Under the pieces are notes generated by a model. That model did no database searches. It saw only the letters and a list, made by a program, of their open reading frames with translations, and was not told the DNA's origin. This document shows, piece after piece, positions 38,101-51,200 of a stretch of DNA of 64,000 nt. Positions within the stretch are counted from its first letter, which is position 1, and every line of letters starts with the position of its first letter. The stretch covers positions 496,001 through 560,000 of the forward strand of contig JAYWIR010000021.1 of NCBI GenBank assembly GCA_036172245.1, read 5' to 3'. The stretch comes from Raillietiella orientalis. Lineage: Eukaryota. The position numbers and the translations under genes are program-made.

Positions 38101-40258
38101 TGTCGAAATCTCGAAGATTTTTCTCTATCAAGTGATTCAGCATATTCTTCTGAACACCAGGTCTTGAACAATCGGTTTGTGAATGTTTAGTTTTACTTTT
38201 TCCATCAATGGACACTAGAACAGAATGGTTTGCTTTCTCTTCAACTTTAGATAAAGGTTCAAAAGAATTCTGCTGGAGTATCTGAACAAATGTGCATGGA
38301 CATAAACCAACTACACCGAATTCATTTTGAGCTTCAAGCCAGTCAGAATTTATTTGAGCTCTTAGTCGAATGATTTCACCTTTTCTAAGAGATAGATCTC
38401 CTAGAAGATGGGTATTGAACTCATAAAGGACCTCAGCATATGTACAATCAGGGAATGGAATGCTTTCCTCACCAGCTAGTGGTTTTGTAACACCAGTGTT
38501 TTTCTCTTTGGCACAAAAATCAAAAACAGTAGCCACATATGCCTTGGGGAAGATTCCAAACACTCCATCAATTTCCCCTTCAGCCCATATACTGTTAATG
38601 TGCCTAATCAAGTGAATTATTTCCCCTTTATTGAAATTCAAATGTCCTGGAATGAATCCACGAAATGGAAAAATACTTTGGGCATAAGGATAAACTTCAT
38701 TATAATCAGAATAATGAACACCCTTGGGAACTTTGGGAATGGTACACTCAATCTCCTCCAGTTCATCAAATCGTTCATAGTTTGCTTTGCAGTCTTCAGC
38801 TTCCACATAGTGCCTGTATTCATCACCTGGTGTTGAAGGCAGGAGCTGTACTGCCATTTTGGGTACAATGCCTTGTTTTCCATTACACTGTGCTCTATAA
38901 CACATATAATGGACAACTGATAAATGTCATTATTATGTTCGTCATTTTTTATTATAACATGCATAAACTTTTAGCCAGAACTTGCAGACAAATGTGCTGA
39001 AAATCAGATGCACTTTATATTTCATTTGAACAACCCGAACCTGAAATTCGTTATCTTGTTGAAAACTTGAATGTGATTAAAAGAAAATTCATTATAATAT
39101 AATTACCAGTTTGCTGAAAGTAAACAAACAGTGGCTGTTAGAAAAATGAAAAATTTAGGAGAATTTCTGCAGATTTTACACATACTATAATAATTTTTTC
39201 AATTACATAATTAAATTACCAATAATACTGTGAATTGTCTCTAATTTTGCAACAATGAAAACATTATAGTTTTCTTCATTCAACGCAAACAAGTTGGAAT
39301 TTTTGCAAACTGTCACTTGCAGTATTAATGTCATATGTATTCACTTTTATTTAAGTTGAGATGTAACAAATTTACATTCACATATTCTTTCATTGTGCAC
39401 ATGAGCAAATAGTATTTGATATAATTTTATGATATGAAATAAAAACAAAACCGTTTTCAGAATCAAAGACTGGAAGAAACTGTAAATTAAGTAAATTAAC
39501 TCAATAAGGCAATGACATTATAGCAGAAAATAAGGTTCAAAGCCTCCCCCAAGAATTGCATAAAGTAACAAATATTACTGGTGTGCATTTGGAACTGAGT
39601 TTTCCATACTTTAATCAAACATGAGATATTTGCAATCTACAATGTTCTCAATGGGTATTTACAAAATATTATAATTTATAATGAAAGTCAATTAATAAAA
39701 CTGAGACTGGACATGAAATTTACCACAGACCATTCATAACAGCAACTGCAAATGTGCTTAATAATATTGCTCAGTGGACAATTAACAATCGGGTATATAA
39801 GCACAATAAAACTTTTTAGGCATTAGAAAGTTAAATTATTTGATCATGATCCAAATATGTGAATAACTGAATCAATAAGCTTAATGTCTTAAGTTTGAAA
39901 ACACTAAATAAGTTTAAGAAATCCTGATCAGTGTCTGGATTCATGTTGACCATGCAAAAAACTACCTCAGATCCAGATGAATTGAAACACAATATTCAGA
40001 ATCTTAGATTAATATGAATTATACAAATTAGTCAAGGGACTATTAAACATCCAGAGAGTTAGGTATTGCATGCAGCAGTAGCAAAAGATTTCATTAGCAA
40101 TAAATAGCAGTAGATTCAAATTGCAACCTATACCAAGATGCATCCAACTCTTCAAGAATATCAACATCCGTTCCAATAGACAGGGATAACTCATTTTCAA
40201 GCTGTCCAGTTAATGTCATCACAGCAACAGCTTTCTGAGGAGCAGAAATCCTACTCAT
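35132..40258 (-). CDS. DNMBP: Dynamin-binding protein/Tuba-like (SH3x3-DH-BAR-SH3 Cdc42 GEF), ~1042 aa. Exons: 40128-40258, 37975-38894, 37831-37929, 37638-37764, 37407-37590, 37212-37358, 36885-37034, 36731-36836, 36524-36654, 36250-36477, 36055-36207, 35827-36009, 35535-35790, 35365-35492, 35132-35317
   Basis: GT-AG introns give a 3129-nt frame. DH motifs QELLSTEK, LFGNL, SLLIKPVQRILRYPLLL, INECKRQKDIVNKY; BAR motifs LHSIAKKSSR, KRHDKLLDY, ALNKQLLQELP; N- and C-terminal SH3 domains. A few boundaries have in-frame alternatives (37924 vs 37930; CAGTAG at 37591). Confidence 0.9.
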
Positions 40259-41189
40259 TGCATTGAAGTTGCAGTCTGAAAATAACATCATGTGTAAACA
40301 CAGATCATCTGTGCAATGCATATCGGTAAATGACCCAAACTGTGAAACAACCCTCTCAATTCCATTAGTCTAGACACACGCTTATATAAAACGTAAATCA
40401 TAATCAACGATTGACGAAAATGCTATTGACGAAATGCTATTGCAAAAGGCTCGTGCATTTTTCCTTACCACTTGAAAAATCAATGCAAAGACTGTCAACA
40501 CGTAGTGGTAGAAAAATTACAATGCTGTATTAACTTAATACATAATTGCATTTTATAAAAAATGCCACTATTAGAAACAGAAGTGCCATAATGTTAGTAG
40601 TATTTGTGAAAACCAGCTTTTGCGATACATACACATACATATGTATATACTGAATTATCGAGCATTCGATAAAGTAATATAATGAGAATTTAATGTTTAT
40701 GCGGAATATTTTGCCCATGCCATACTTATATTTGATTCGAAAGGAGTTAGATTTGATTCGATTTTAAATTCATATTATGAAATTGTATTTGGTTGCTGAA
40801 TGAACAGCAAATTGTTTTACAACCATTTAAATGGTTTCACTTTCTGTTTCTGAGGGATATGATTTCGTTGTTTTGCATTTCTAACACAAACTTGTACTAA
40901 TAGCATGGTCTCTGTTGTAGGGAATAGAATGAATTTGTTTTCCTCTAAGCATCATGTACCACTAAAATTCGTTTTTTTTTCATCAAAGGGTGAACGTTCT
41001 GTCAGGCTGGGTGAATCTTCAGTAATTATGCTTAAGAAAGTGATTCGCCATTACCTGCTGCTTCTTCTTATTCATAAGTTTTGCCTCAAGTACACATTTT
41101 CTCCGTTATTCAACGAATCGAAGCTCCTTAAAAGATTCATGAACAAAATTAAATTAGGAAACTGGATTGCGGCTGCAGTTTTCCCAGAA

Positions 41190-41275
41190 CTGGATTGCAT
41201 GGATTTGGACTGGATTCGGCACAACAAGCACATGTTTCCAGAGTTGCCGAGCTTCGTCTCGAAATGTGAAAATGT
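41190..41275 (+). mobile_element. Possible hAT dimerisation-domain fragment
   Basis: MDLDWIRHNKHMFPELPSFVSK resembles D.L.WW..N...FP.LA.LA.K; single short motif only. Confidence 0.25.
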
Positions 41276-42959
41276 AAAACACAAAATGTAAAAACACCTC
41301 ACTCAGTACTTTCATAACCGTGAGCAGTCAAGCAAGAATAAACAACGTACCATTAGTGGCAAGCTATTCGTAGGAGATCGAGTTGAAATTTCAAAGTCCA
41401 AACGAATTTTGTTTTCATGCATTATCTCGCTAAATTCTATTTTCTGTTAGACATTTAGCAGCCTCTGACCAAAGTTCTTTGAAAGAGTTTTGAAAAACTT
41501 TGCCACTTCACCCAGAGATTCCCGATCAACGGAGGAAAATTAAGGGGATGAAAAAAATATTTGGATATGGGTATAATTATCGAATTACATTTTTCTCATT
41601 CCTTTTCTGCCTGTCGATGCTGTGAATACTTCCCATACTTTCCCGTTTCTGTCTCGTCTGCGTCGCGAATTTTTCTAATATTTCATGAATGAAGAAGAGA
41701 AATGTGAAAGATAGAATGATGAATAGCTGAAAGCATCTCCTCTCCATATTATTCCTCGACTAAAATGGGCAACGGCAACAAGTGGATGACCGGAAACCAG
41801 ACAAATGCCCGCAAATTCACTCATGATGTAATGGATATACGGAAATTATTTTGGGTGACAAATTTACACATACTTTGTTGTGTTTTCTAAAAAGTAATTA
41901 TTTATTTTCAAGTAAGGATATATTTGTCCACAGATCCAAGTTTTTGTAAATGTGATTTCGATAAACGTAATAATTCTTATTGATAATTTGAAACGCTTAG
42001 CGTTGAGTATCTTCATGAATTTACGACTGCCTCTGGTGAGCCTCCTAGTATTTATGTTGTCATATCAGGATGAGTTTATGAATTTGTCTGGGCAAACTGC
42101 TCCTGCATTTTTCCTTTAAACTTTGCGTGCAATCTTTTTTATAAATGAAGATTCGTTAGAAAGTCACCACAATTTGTAGGTAAAGTAAATTAAGTAATAA
42201 TGAATGAAATCCGTTTCTGTGAATCGGTCATTTTTTCACCACTGATGTGGACTAAGGTCTTGAAAGAGGAGCAACAGTAATGCACCGCACATTTCATTTT
42301 TCCTTCAAGCTCCTTATGAAAAGATCATGATTTAAAGATCAGTGTTTACTTAACCAGAAGGAAATAGAAGCAAGCTGGGAATACACGTTAATTCTCCCTT
42401 CAAAAGAGTCGGTGTGCATCTTCAGTGTTTGATCACGTTTTGAAGAGAAAGCAGTCTTATTTCTCGCCCAATTTTTTCCCTACGGGGACAGGAATAGGAG
42501 GCGCTACCCGGAACCAGGCAATGTGGGTCTTCATTTAGGCACTTTGTTCTTTTTCTGGTTTGTTCCCTATGGATTTGATTCGTAATGTAAAATCAGGCTA
42601 ATAAACTTCCGCTAAATAAATGCTGCAAACAACCAGAGAAGAACGATGTGTATGTGTAACGTGTGTGTTTGTTTTGATGATTTTTGGAGGGGATTGTAAG
42701 TGCAGCACAGATCGAATTGTCACATATGCGAAATTTTTTTCCTTTTCAGAGGATCAGTTCGAAGGTCTAAGGATAAAAATCAGATTCCAATGAAAAGTTC
42801 CACGTTCATATCTAATAATCCGAATTTTGTGATTCTGAATAGTGAAAGCTTGTTGAAACTTTGCAAAACTTGGGTCGAAATTCAAGTAATGTGCTAATCC
42901 AAGGGTTTAGTTCTAGGTATAAGTGGTCCACACATTTGAATCTAGTATAAATGTTTATC

Positions 42960-43510
42960 TGTCATGCGTTCCCTTGCAATCTGTTGCATAATTAATCACG
43001 AGATCAAAACAATCATAAGAATGATAAGCATCTCCTTCGCTTTTCTCGAAAGTTTTCCGTCGTACAGCCTGCCTAAAGAATCCCAAACGCAACGAAAGGA
43101 GGAATTCATGGAAGTCTGGTGATCTGCAGATCCTGAGAGTCGAATGGTCGTCTTACCTGAACGACAAACACCTCAGAACGAGGTGGAATGAATATTCATG
43201 GGCGGACGCTCAGGTCACGAACTTTGAAAGATACTTTGAGACTGACCGCCGGGACGAGAAGAAATGAAGGCTCCTCCGCCGCTTGCGTGTGTCCGACTCC
43301 GAGACGGATCGGTAAGTGTGAGGCTGAGGCTGGCGAATTCTGAAGACGAGAAAGGGTTGCCGGGCTAGAATCATGTCAAGCTTAAATGCAGAATAAGATG
43401 ACAAAGACCAGAAATACAAAAGCATAATGGAATTCGATCAGAATAAAGTACAATTATTAGGCACTTTAATGTATGCTTCATTGCAAAAATACCTACTCTC
43501 GTCTTCTTCT
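42960..43510 (+). mobile_element. Possible decayed hAT transposase core
   Basis: KVFRRTACLKNPKR / KEEFMEVW / RTRWN / FMGGR..EL*KIL / IIRHF..KIPTL resemble K+R..LKxSPxR..F..TRWNS..M..R..L..PF..PTL; heavily frameshifted. Confidence 0.35.
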
Positions 43511-45233
43511 TGGGACGAAAACAGCTAAACTCTGTGATGTGCGATGTGCAGATGTTAAGGTCGTCCATTCCTTCCTGCAGGTTTTTTTGTAGGGCTATTT
43601 TGCGTTGCAGCAGAAGCATTCGTTGCAGCCGCAATAAATATTTATACATTATGCAAAGCCGAAATGCAGAAGGGGGAGGGGAGGAAAACACTTCCCCACG
43701 GTACCTGATTCAAACCTAGTCTCGAGCGGTGGGGTCCGAAGTCCACTGAGCACAGTTTTGAGATTGCTCTGGCGGAAATGTACAATTTGGCGTGCCGAAT
43801 GATGTAGGTTAAGATTAAGGTTAGGATTAAGCAACTGATTCTTTCCCGAAAGCCGTTTGCGTGATTCGTGAGGGTGGTTCATATTTTAAGGATCACGAAG
43901 ACGTGAGTTGGGACAGCGTGCATTTCTCTGGGATTCCGTCCATGGAATCCCATTGTGCCGAGGAACTGATTCCATTGCGACGCTTCTTTTTTTTCTCCTG
44001 ACAAAAGGATGACGGCAATCGAATGAATGGAATGGCACATTAATCCAACGTTCGGAATCGACGTCAGAAGATTCTGGTGCTTTCCGGAAGGAGGGATCGC
44101 CCCTTCCTAGGATAAGTTTGTTACCATTCCCAATCGTCGGATTCTCCGGCCGTTTATCATGTGAAACGAAATCCTCGAGTAATCTCTTAATAATTTCTGT
44201 TAGGAGGTTCGTTTTTCGGTCTCAGGATTTGTATGTGTGTGTGTGTTTTTTCAAAACACTTCAGACGGAGTGTCGGAGTATCCAGCTGCAGTTGAAGCGA
44301 GCAAGGAAAAATGATCAGGAATGAATGTAACTCTGCATCCCAAATGTCCTCTCCCGGAAAGATGCATGCATCTAATAAAGGTGGTGGCGAAACATGGTGG
44401 GATTCGAGACCGATACGAGACTTCCTTTGAGGAAAGGGGAAGTGAATTCGGTTCAGATTAAAACATCTTGGCTTTCAGGCACACAACCTCCCCCCTCCTC
44501 CCCCCTCATCAGGACCCGTGGGAAATGCTTCTGCAGATCGAAGGCACGAACGGATCTGAATCGCCGCCGACAGATATCGGTTCGCCCTTGACCTGGGTCC
44601 GTTTCTCGGATCGTGAAACCTTGGAGCGGTCCTGAACTTCACCACGCCCTACGGTGAAGTTCCACCAAATAAATTTTGTTCCATCCGCGCGACCCGGAAG
44701 CTCTTGCTGTCGTCCACGCAACGGAACTTTCTTCGTAATAAACACCAACTTCAGAATGCGAGGGGCAAGCAGTGGGGGGGGGGGGGGGGTCTGCTTCCTT
44801 GGGATGGATCGTTGCGTTCTTCTTGATGGTTGTTTTTAGGGAGCAATCGCTCCTCGAAAAGAATACATGCGTTAAGTGCCCCCTTGGTGCAAGCAAGTTT
44901 TTGCCAGCGTGCGAGTGCTGGCGTGCAAGATGTGGACCGGCCGCTTGCGAGGCGGCGGCACTTGGGCGCCATCACGCGATTAGAGAGACTCTTCGACGCC
45001 GAAACACAAATCTCAGCAATCCTCAATAAAACCGACGGTTCGTTAATACGTTCCTGAAGATCATGGAGGTCCTCCGCGTTTGCAAAAGTTCGGAGAAAGA
45101 TTCCCGGTCATGAACTGCCAGCCCATTTGTATCCGACGGGAACGAGTGCGCTGCTGCTCGGACGTGTGGGTGCCTCGGGAGAGGGAGGCTTGTCGGTTGG
45201 TGCAGTCCAGCCTTCCTTGTTTTTTTCCCCCCC

Positions 45234-45255
45234 CTCTCTCTCTCTCTCTCTCTCT
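45234..45255. repeat. (CT)11 microsatellite
   Basis: Read directly. Confidence 0.9.
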
Positions 45256-48200
45256 TTTTTCTTCCCCTTCCCTCCCCCCCAATCTTGCAAGCAGTTCCCG
45301 CGGTGCAGTCCTGGGTTCGGAAGGCATCCGGCACAACGAGAATGCCCGGGGGCTGCTACCGGAGAGCGGTGTTCTCTCCTGGTCATTGCCGATCGTCTCG
45401 AGATCCACACAATTTGTTCCGACCACGGTGTTTGAGAAGGTCACAATGAACTGTCATGGGGCTTGAGGCAGATTTATTTTCCATATTCGCAGCAACAGTA
45501 CTACGTGGTCTTGTACGGATCTGGGAAGCCAAAAAACAAAAAAACAAAAACAAAAGAATTTCCGAGCTCACGAGAGCGACTCCAAAATCACGTTGCTTTT
45601 TCTCAGAAAAAAAAAAAGAAGGAGAAGAAGAAGAAAAGGAAGGGAAAAAAGGAAAAAACAACTTTTGCACTTTCCAGCTGAGTTTCCGAACCCCGTGCGA
45701 AACGCCGAACGGATGTGAAAGAGGAGATTCCGACGCTCCCCGTCAGAGCGCATGTGGAATTAATAGGTAACCCACTGCTATTTGGAAGCGCCTGTAATGA
45801 GAGATACGGAGTACTCACATCATTTGCTGCATCAAGGTATGCGGCAGAGCAGCGCGAAGATGCACGCAGGAGGATCCTATGAATGATCCCGGTCGCCGTG
45901 GGCCTCCTTGCTCCGTCGTTGTGGAAAAGAGTGCTGGGAAAGAGTGCATACGAATCGGTGCTTCTGGTGAAAACTCGTCCTTCGCTCGGTTCGCCAGACG
46001 CGCGTTCCTGTCCCACCCCGTCCAGGAGGAGGCCGAGTCCCGGCTGCTGCTGAGCCTTCTTCCCCAGTCCCGCCGGAGGAGGAGGCGTTCCGGAAAGCGG
46101 GAACAGGCAGAGGTCCTCCTCGCAAACCCCGATGCCTTGTGCAATCCCGTAAACTTGTGATGCTATGCCCGGCAGAAAAGGATTATTAGCTCCGCAGAAC
46201 ACTTTCCTGAACACGATAGCCACTCGATTCGATGGAACGCGTGAGTATTCGGTGTAAGCCCTGCTTTCGTGCGGATTCGTGTGTTGTACCGCCCGGCGAT
46301 TGTACAGCTTGGTCCAGAGGGGAAAAGGTCGCAGTTTGCAGCACGAGCATTCTCGGATACGGGAAGGGGGGAGGGAGGAAATAAATAAATGTTTTCATAT
46401 CAGGAATTGCGAATTCCCTCGGGAGAATTCATCGGAAGAGTGGATGTTCTCAGTGCAGCGTTGCTTTGCATCACGAAAATTAAATTTTGCGTACGTCCGT
46501 ACGCACTGTGTTTTTAGCCCGCACGTGTGCAGAACGCTGGTAATTTCATCGCCGGCTATTTCCCGTTGACATTCCCAGCTCGGCAGGATTTTTCCTTCCG
46601 TCCGGGATTCCTCGCTTCCCGATAAAGGCGGGAGCAGCGCTCCGCTCCCGACACGCCGCATCCGAACCGAAAACTCTTCCTCCGTTCCGAGTCAGCCGGG
46701 AAGCGACTGCGTGTCCCATCGGTGGTGCTCGAAGGAGGCCGCGCGTCGCGGCCACGAAGCGCAAGGAGCTCCGAAAAGAAAAAAAAGGGGGCTGGGGTGG
46801 GGTGGGGATCTATCCGTTCGGGAATGCCCGTCCCGGCAGGAACAGCCGGCCAGAAATGCCCGGAAGTGCCCGCCGGGAAAGTTCGAGTCGCGCCCCTCTG
46901 CTCCCGGATCAGCTGATCTGCCAAACGGGGGCAGATGTGCCCACTCGATGGGTGGGCTTGTTTGCGGGCTGATCTTTACGGGGGGAGGGGGGAGGGCGGA
47001 TTTTATCCCAGCCGATCTGCCGACCCGAATCTCTCGCGCCGCAGGAAACTTACGTGAGAGACGAAGACCGGGATTAAGGGAAACAGAAAATTTTCCAGAC
47101 TGAAGCGCCCCTTTTTCTTTATGGACGATCATCTTCTTGTCGTCCACGTGGCGTGAAATTTTCCTTTTGTTTTTGTTTTCACGGCCGATTTTACGTAAGC
47201 TCTGCTGCGCGCCGGGAAAGAAAACAAAAGAAACCAATTACTCCCTTTCATTTTGTCCCGCACACGTTCCGGGAGAGCTCCGTTTCCCTTTTCTTAGCCG
47301 GGAAAGCCAAAAGCACTTCGGGCTTTCTTCATGCGGAAGCAGACGACGTGGACGCGCGGGAGCTCCTTCGGTGCCTCCTTCCGGAGGGCCCACAGGCGTC
47401 GGTGCCCACAGGCGGCGGCGGCGCGTAGGGCGCAACGAGAGACCCACCGTCCAAGTGCGGATCACGGCGGGACGCGCCTTCTCGTGCGCCTCCTCGTGCG
47501 CGCGCGCTCCCCGTAAGCAGCAGCGCTGCCGTGTTTACACAGTGTGTTTGGAAAACCACTCCGAGTGTTGCCAGAGCATGCAAATCACCGCCGTTCCATT
47601 TTCCGAATGTCCTCTTCCTCGGTTCTCGAAATTTCTTTGCCACGCGCGGTCTCTTCAATGTCCGCGTGGACGAATCGACGAGGAAAGGTGCGCGCTTCGG
47701 CCCTTTCCGGGCGTGGATCGCGGATTCAGCAGGGCAGAGGGGTGTGCCGGCCGTCGGAAGGGCGGCGCAGGTGAACCCACCCGGAGAGCCCTTCCTGCGT
47801 CACGGCTGCCTCTCCGGACGCCCAGAGAGCGGTGATCTCCGGGCGCTGTCGCCTCCGCGACAGAGACGCCGTACGCGCTCCGTCCGTGGAGCCCGGAGAA
47901 GAGTCCCGTTTCTACTACTCCTCTGCTCCGCAAACAGAAATTCGAGGAGCGCAGCGGGTCCCGCGCAGGTCTCCCGGTCCTGGCCGGGAAGGGGAAGGGA
48001 GGGAAGCAGGTTCCTCGTGGAGGGGAATCGATGCAGTCAGCCAGCCTCCGCTGCAGAACTTGGCCTACCCTCGGGGAAATCTGAACCGGGAGATCCCAAG
48101 CGAAACATCGGACCGCGCGGCTCGTTCTCTCAGCGGAAGTCCGCGGCGGCTTCCCATCCCGTGGAAAACAGTCAAGCTGAACGTTCCCGTTCCGGAAATC

Positions 48201-51200
48201 CAGGCGGGCGGGCGGATGGGAATGAAGTCGGGGGCGCTGTCTTCGTCCCAGACGGTCCGCACGTGCAGAACGGGGGAGGGGGGGACGTGCAATGATTGTT
48301 TGTCACCTTCGCGGTTTGCGGAAACGTGCAGGAAGGCATCGGCGCATCCGTTTGGGGAAGGGAATCATTTATGAGGCGCTCTCCTGGGAGGACTCGCAAG
48401 CCAACGAGGACCTACGTGCACGAGGAGAGAGCCGAACGCTAATGATGTTGACACGGGCATCCGAAGGGCCGATCTACCTCCGGATTACCAAACACCGCGG
48501 GCCCCGAGTTCTTCTGATTGGCAGCAACCCGGGAATCCGGGAGAGGACTCCCGTGTCCTCGAGCGCTTTCCTCGAGCGCGCCGAGGTCGGGAAAGACCGC
48601 GCACCGCGTCTTCTGCCGCTGGGCTCGCCTTCTGCGGCCCCCCTCGTGGGTTCGTGGTGCGCGGCTCTCTGGCGGCGCGTCCCTTAACGAGGGCAGGACG
48701 CGTCTCCTGGATAGGCAAATCCTGCCCTCGTTAGGAATGCCAGGTTCGTGTGGTGCTGCTGCTGTTCGCTCACCTCGGCCCACGTGGTTTCCCCCGGGTG
48801 CGGCTCCCGAGGATTCCCGCGGGACCTGCAGATCCGAACAGCGCGTTCGTTGCCATGGCTGACAAACTGCTGGCCCGCGGTCATTCCCCTCGGCTGCTGA
48901 CTGCTTGCCGCTGGTTCGCGTCGTTTCCGCCGATCGCTGCTGCACCGAGTGACGCGAGTCACAAAAGCCGGCAGCAGCACGCGTTCCTTCCTTCCCGATT
49001 TCCCAAGATTTACCTGCGGCTTTCCCGGGAACGACTCCCAGGACGTCTCTTTCGGAGGTCGCCGGCTGCGAGTCCGCCGTTCCCCGCACGCCTCACGTGT
49101 TCTTCCGCGCACGGGAGAAAACCTCGCTCCGGAGTCCCGTCCGGGCCCCTCAGGAGATCGTTCCCCTCGAACTCCCAGAACCCGCTCCAGGTCGTCTGCT
49201 GGAAGCTTTTCCAACGCCCCTCGCGCCGCTTGCGCTTCGGTTCGGGAGCGCCGCTTCCTTCCGGTAATCTCGGGATTCCAATTTGCTCTTCGCTGACCAG
49301 CGTGCTCTGGGAGACAAGTCGCATGGAAACCCCGCATACCGTTCGTTATTGAATTACCGATCGTTCCATTACCCAGACGAAAGCATTTTATGCCTTCCTC
49401 GACGTCCGGCTCTTTTAATCAGATGAAATAACTCAAGTGACGTGCAAGGAACGAGTGCGTCTGCGAGTCGCGTTTCTCTCGGACGAAGCGCGCTGCTGCC
49501 TCCTTCGCTTTGTATTGGAGAAGGGGGGAGGGGGAGTTACGCTTTTGCCTGCAGCAGCCCTCTTCCGAACGAGTGGTCCTGGACGGAGGAACACGCGCCT
49601 CCATCTTTCTCCTGCAGGCACATCCGTCTCCGGCCACCTCCTTTTGCTGTGGAATCCGCGCGAAATCCAAGACTGCGCCCTTCCATGGCGATTTCGGAAA
49701 CGCTACAAAAGTCGCCAATCGCGATGGAATTCAACCCTTCCTGGAGCCGCGGGTGAAGGGGGTCTCTGGGGGTGCCATTATGGGAATCGTCCCTCGACGT
49801 CGCTGACGGATGGCCTCCTTATTTTTTACAGCCATTTGTTATCGCGGAGGAATGCTCGGTAATTCGCTCCTCCCGTTCCCGCGGGTCCGGATGTTCCGCG
49901 CGTTGTCCTCCCCCTCCCCCCTCCGGAAAGGGCGCTGGGATGTCCGTGCTCGTTCCCCATCAGAGGGAAGACTGCAGATACGCGGAGGCCGAGGTGGCGG
50001 CGGCAGAAGACTCTTCGGGCGGCTCCGCTTGCCGCGCCGATTTTCCGTGCAGATCGGGCGAAACAAAATCTGCCTCGTCCCGGAAGGAATGGCGGCAGAG
50101 CTTGGGAGGGGTGGGGATGGGGGGATCTCCATCAACAGGTTCCCGTTTCCCGACACAAGTCGGCGTAGCACGATAAGACGACCCTTCCCTCAGGAGGAGG
50201 AGCAGCAGCCGCTCGCTTCGGCCAACGCGACCTTCGCTAGGATCGCCGCCGATCATCTCGGAGTTCCGGCGCCGCCCTCAAAGTTCACTCCGGTCCTCGA
50301 GTTGTTGCTGCCTGTGGGATCGGTTTCTGGACCGGGAATGCCCTCCCGGCCCTTCTCCCCTGTTCCCGACTTCCCGGTCCCGTCCGCGCCGTTCCGTTCG
50401 TTCCTCCGCCGCTCGCCGGGCTGGAGCAGAAGCCGGAATCATCATCGTCATCATCTATGCTGATTCAGCGCGGCACATTGGCCGCAACGGATGGACGAGT
50501 TGGACCGCTCCGTCCACCCGGAATAGGTGTTGGCGGCAAGGAAGACGTGACGTGGCGCACATCCTTGTGCCACGCCTTCCTGGGGTGCATGTCTTGCGAG
50601 GATCCTGCAGGACCGCAGGGCGGATCGGCAGCAGCCGGCTGAGCTGATGACGCGACTTCTCCGGGACGAACGGCGGGCGGGCGGGTTTCGTTTTCCCTCG
50701 GGAATCGGGAATTCAGATTCGGAGAGACGCGCTCTCCGTCTTTCCTCCCCCCTTTTTCCTCCTCTTCCTTCTTTTCTTTTTTTTTTTTTTTTCTTCTTTG
50801 TTTATTTTGGCGCTGTCGGGATTCGTCAGCTCGTCAGCTTCTCCGTCGGAGAGCGTCTCGCGCGCGATCTTTCAGCCTTCCCTCTCACTTCCCGCGTTGC
50901 TGTGTGACGCGGGATTACGGAACGGGAGTTTCGGGAAACGCTCCCGCTCCGCGTCAAACTTCGGCCGGACGGTTTCGGAAGACAGAGTGGCCGCGCGTCC
51001 CTCGATCACGGCCGGGAACAAAGGCCGGAGGAGTCATAAACGAATCCCGCCGGGAGCGTCTTCCGTTTGTTTTGTCTTCCGTTCCGATGAAAGCAAAATT
51101 CAATTTCGAACCCTTTGGCGGTACTTCCGGGAAGGGGGAATTTTCCGGTCGACGTGTCCGAACTTGGACGGCCATCCTGGCGGAGGGACGCCAACCGTGT

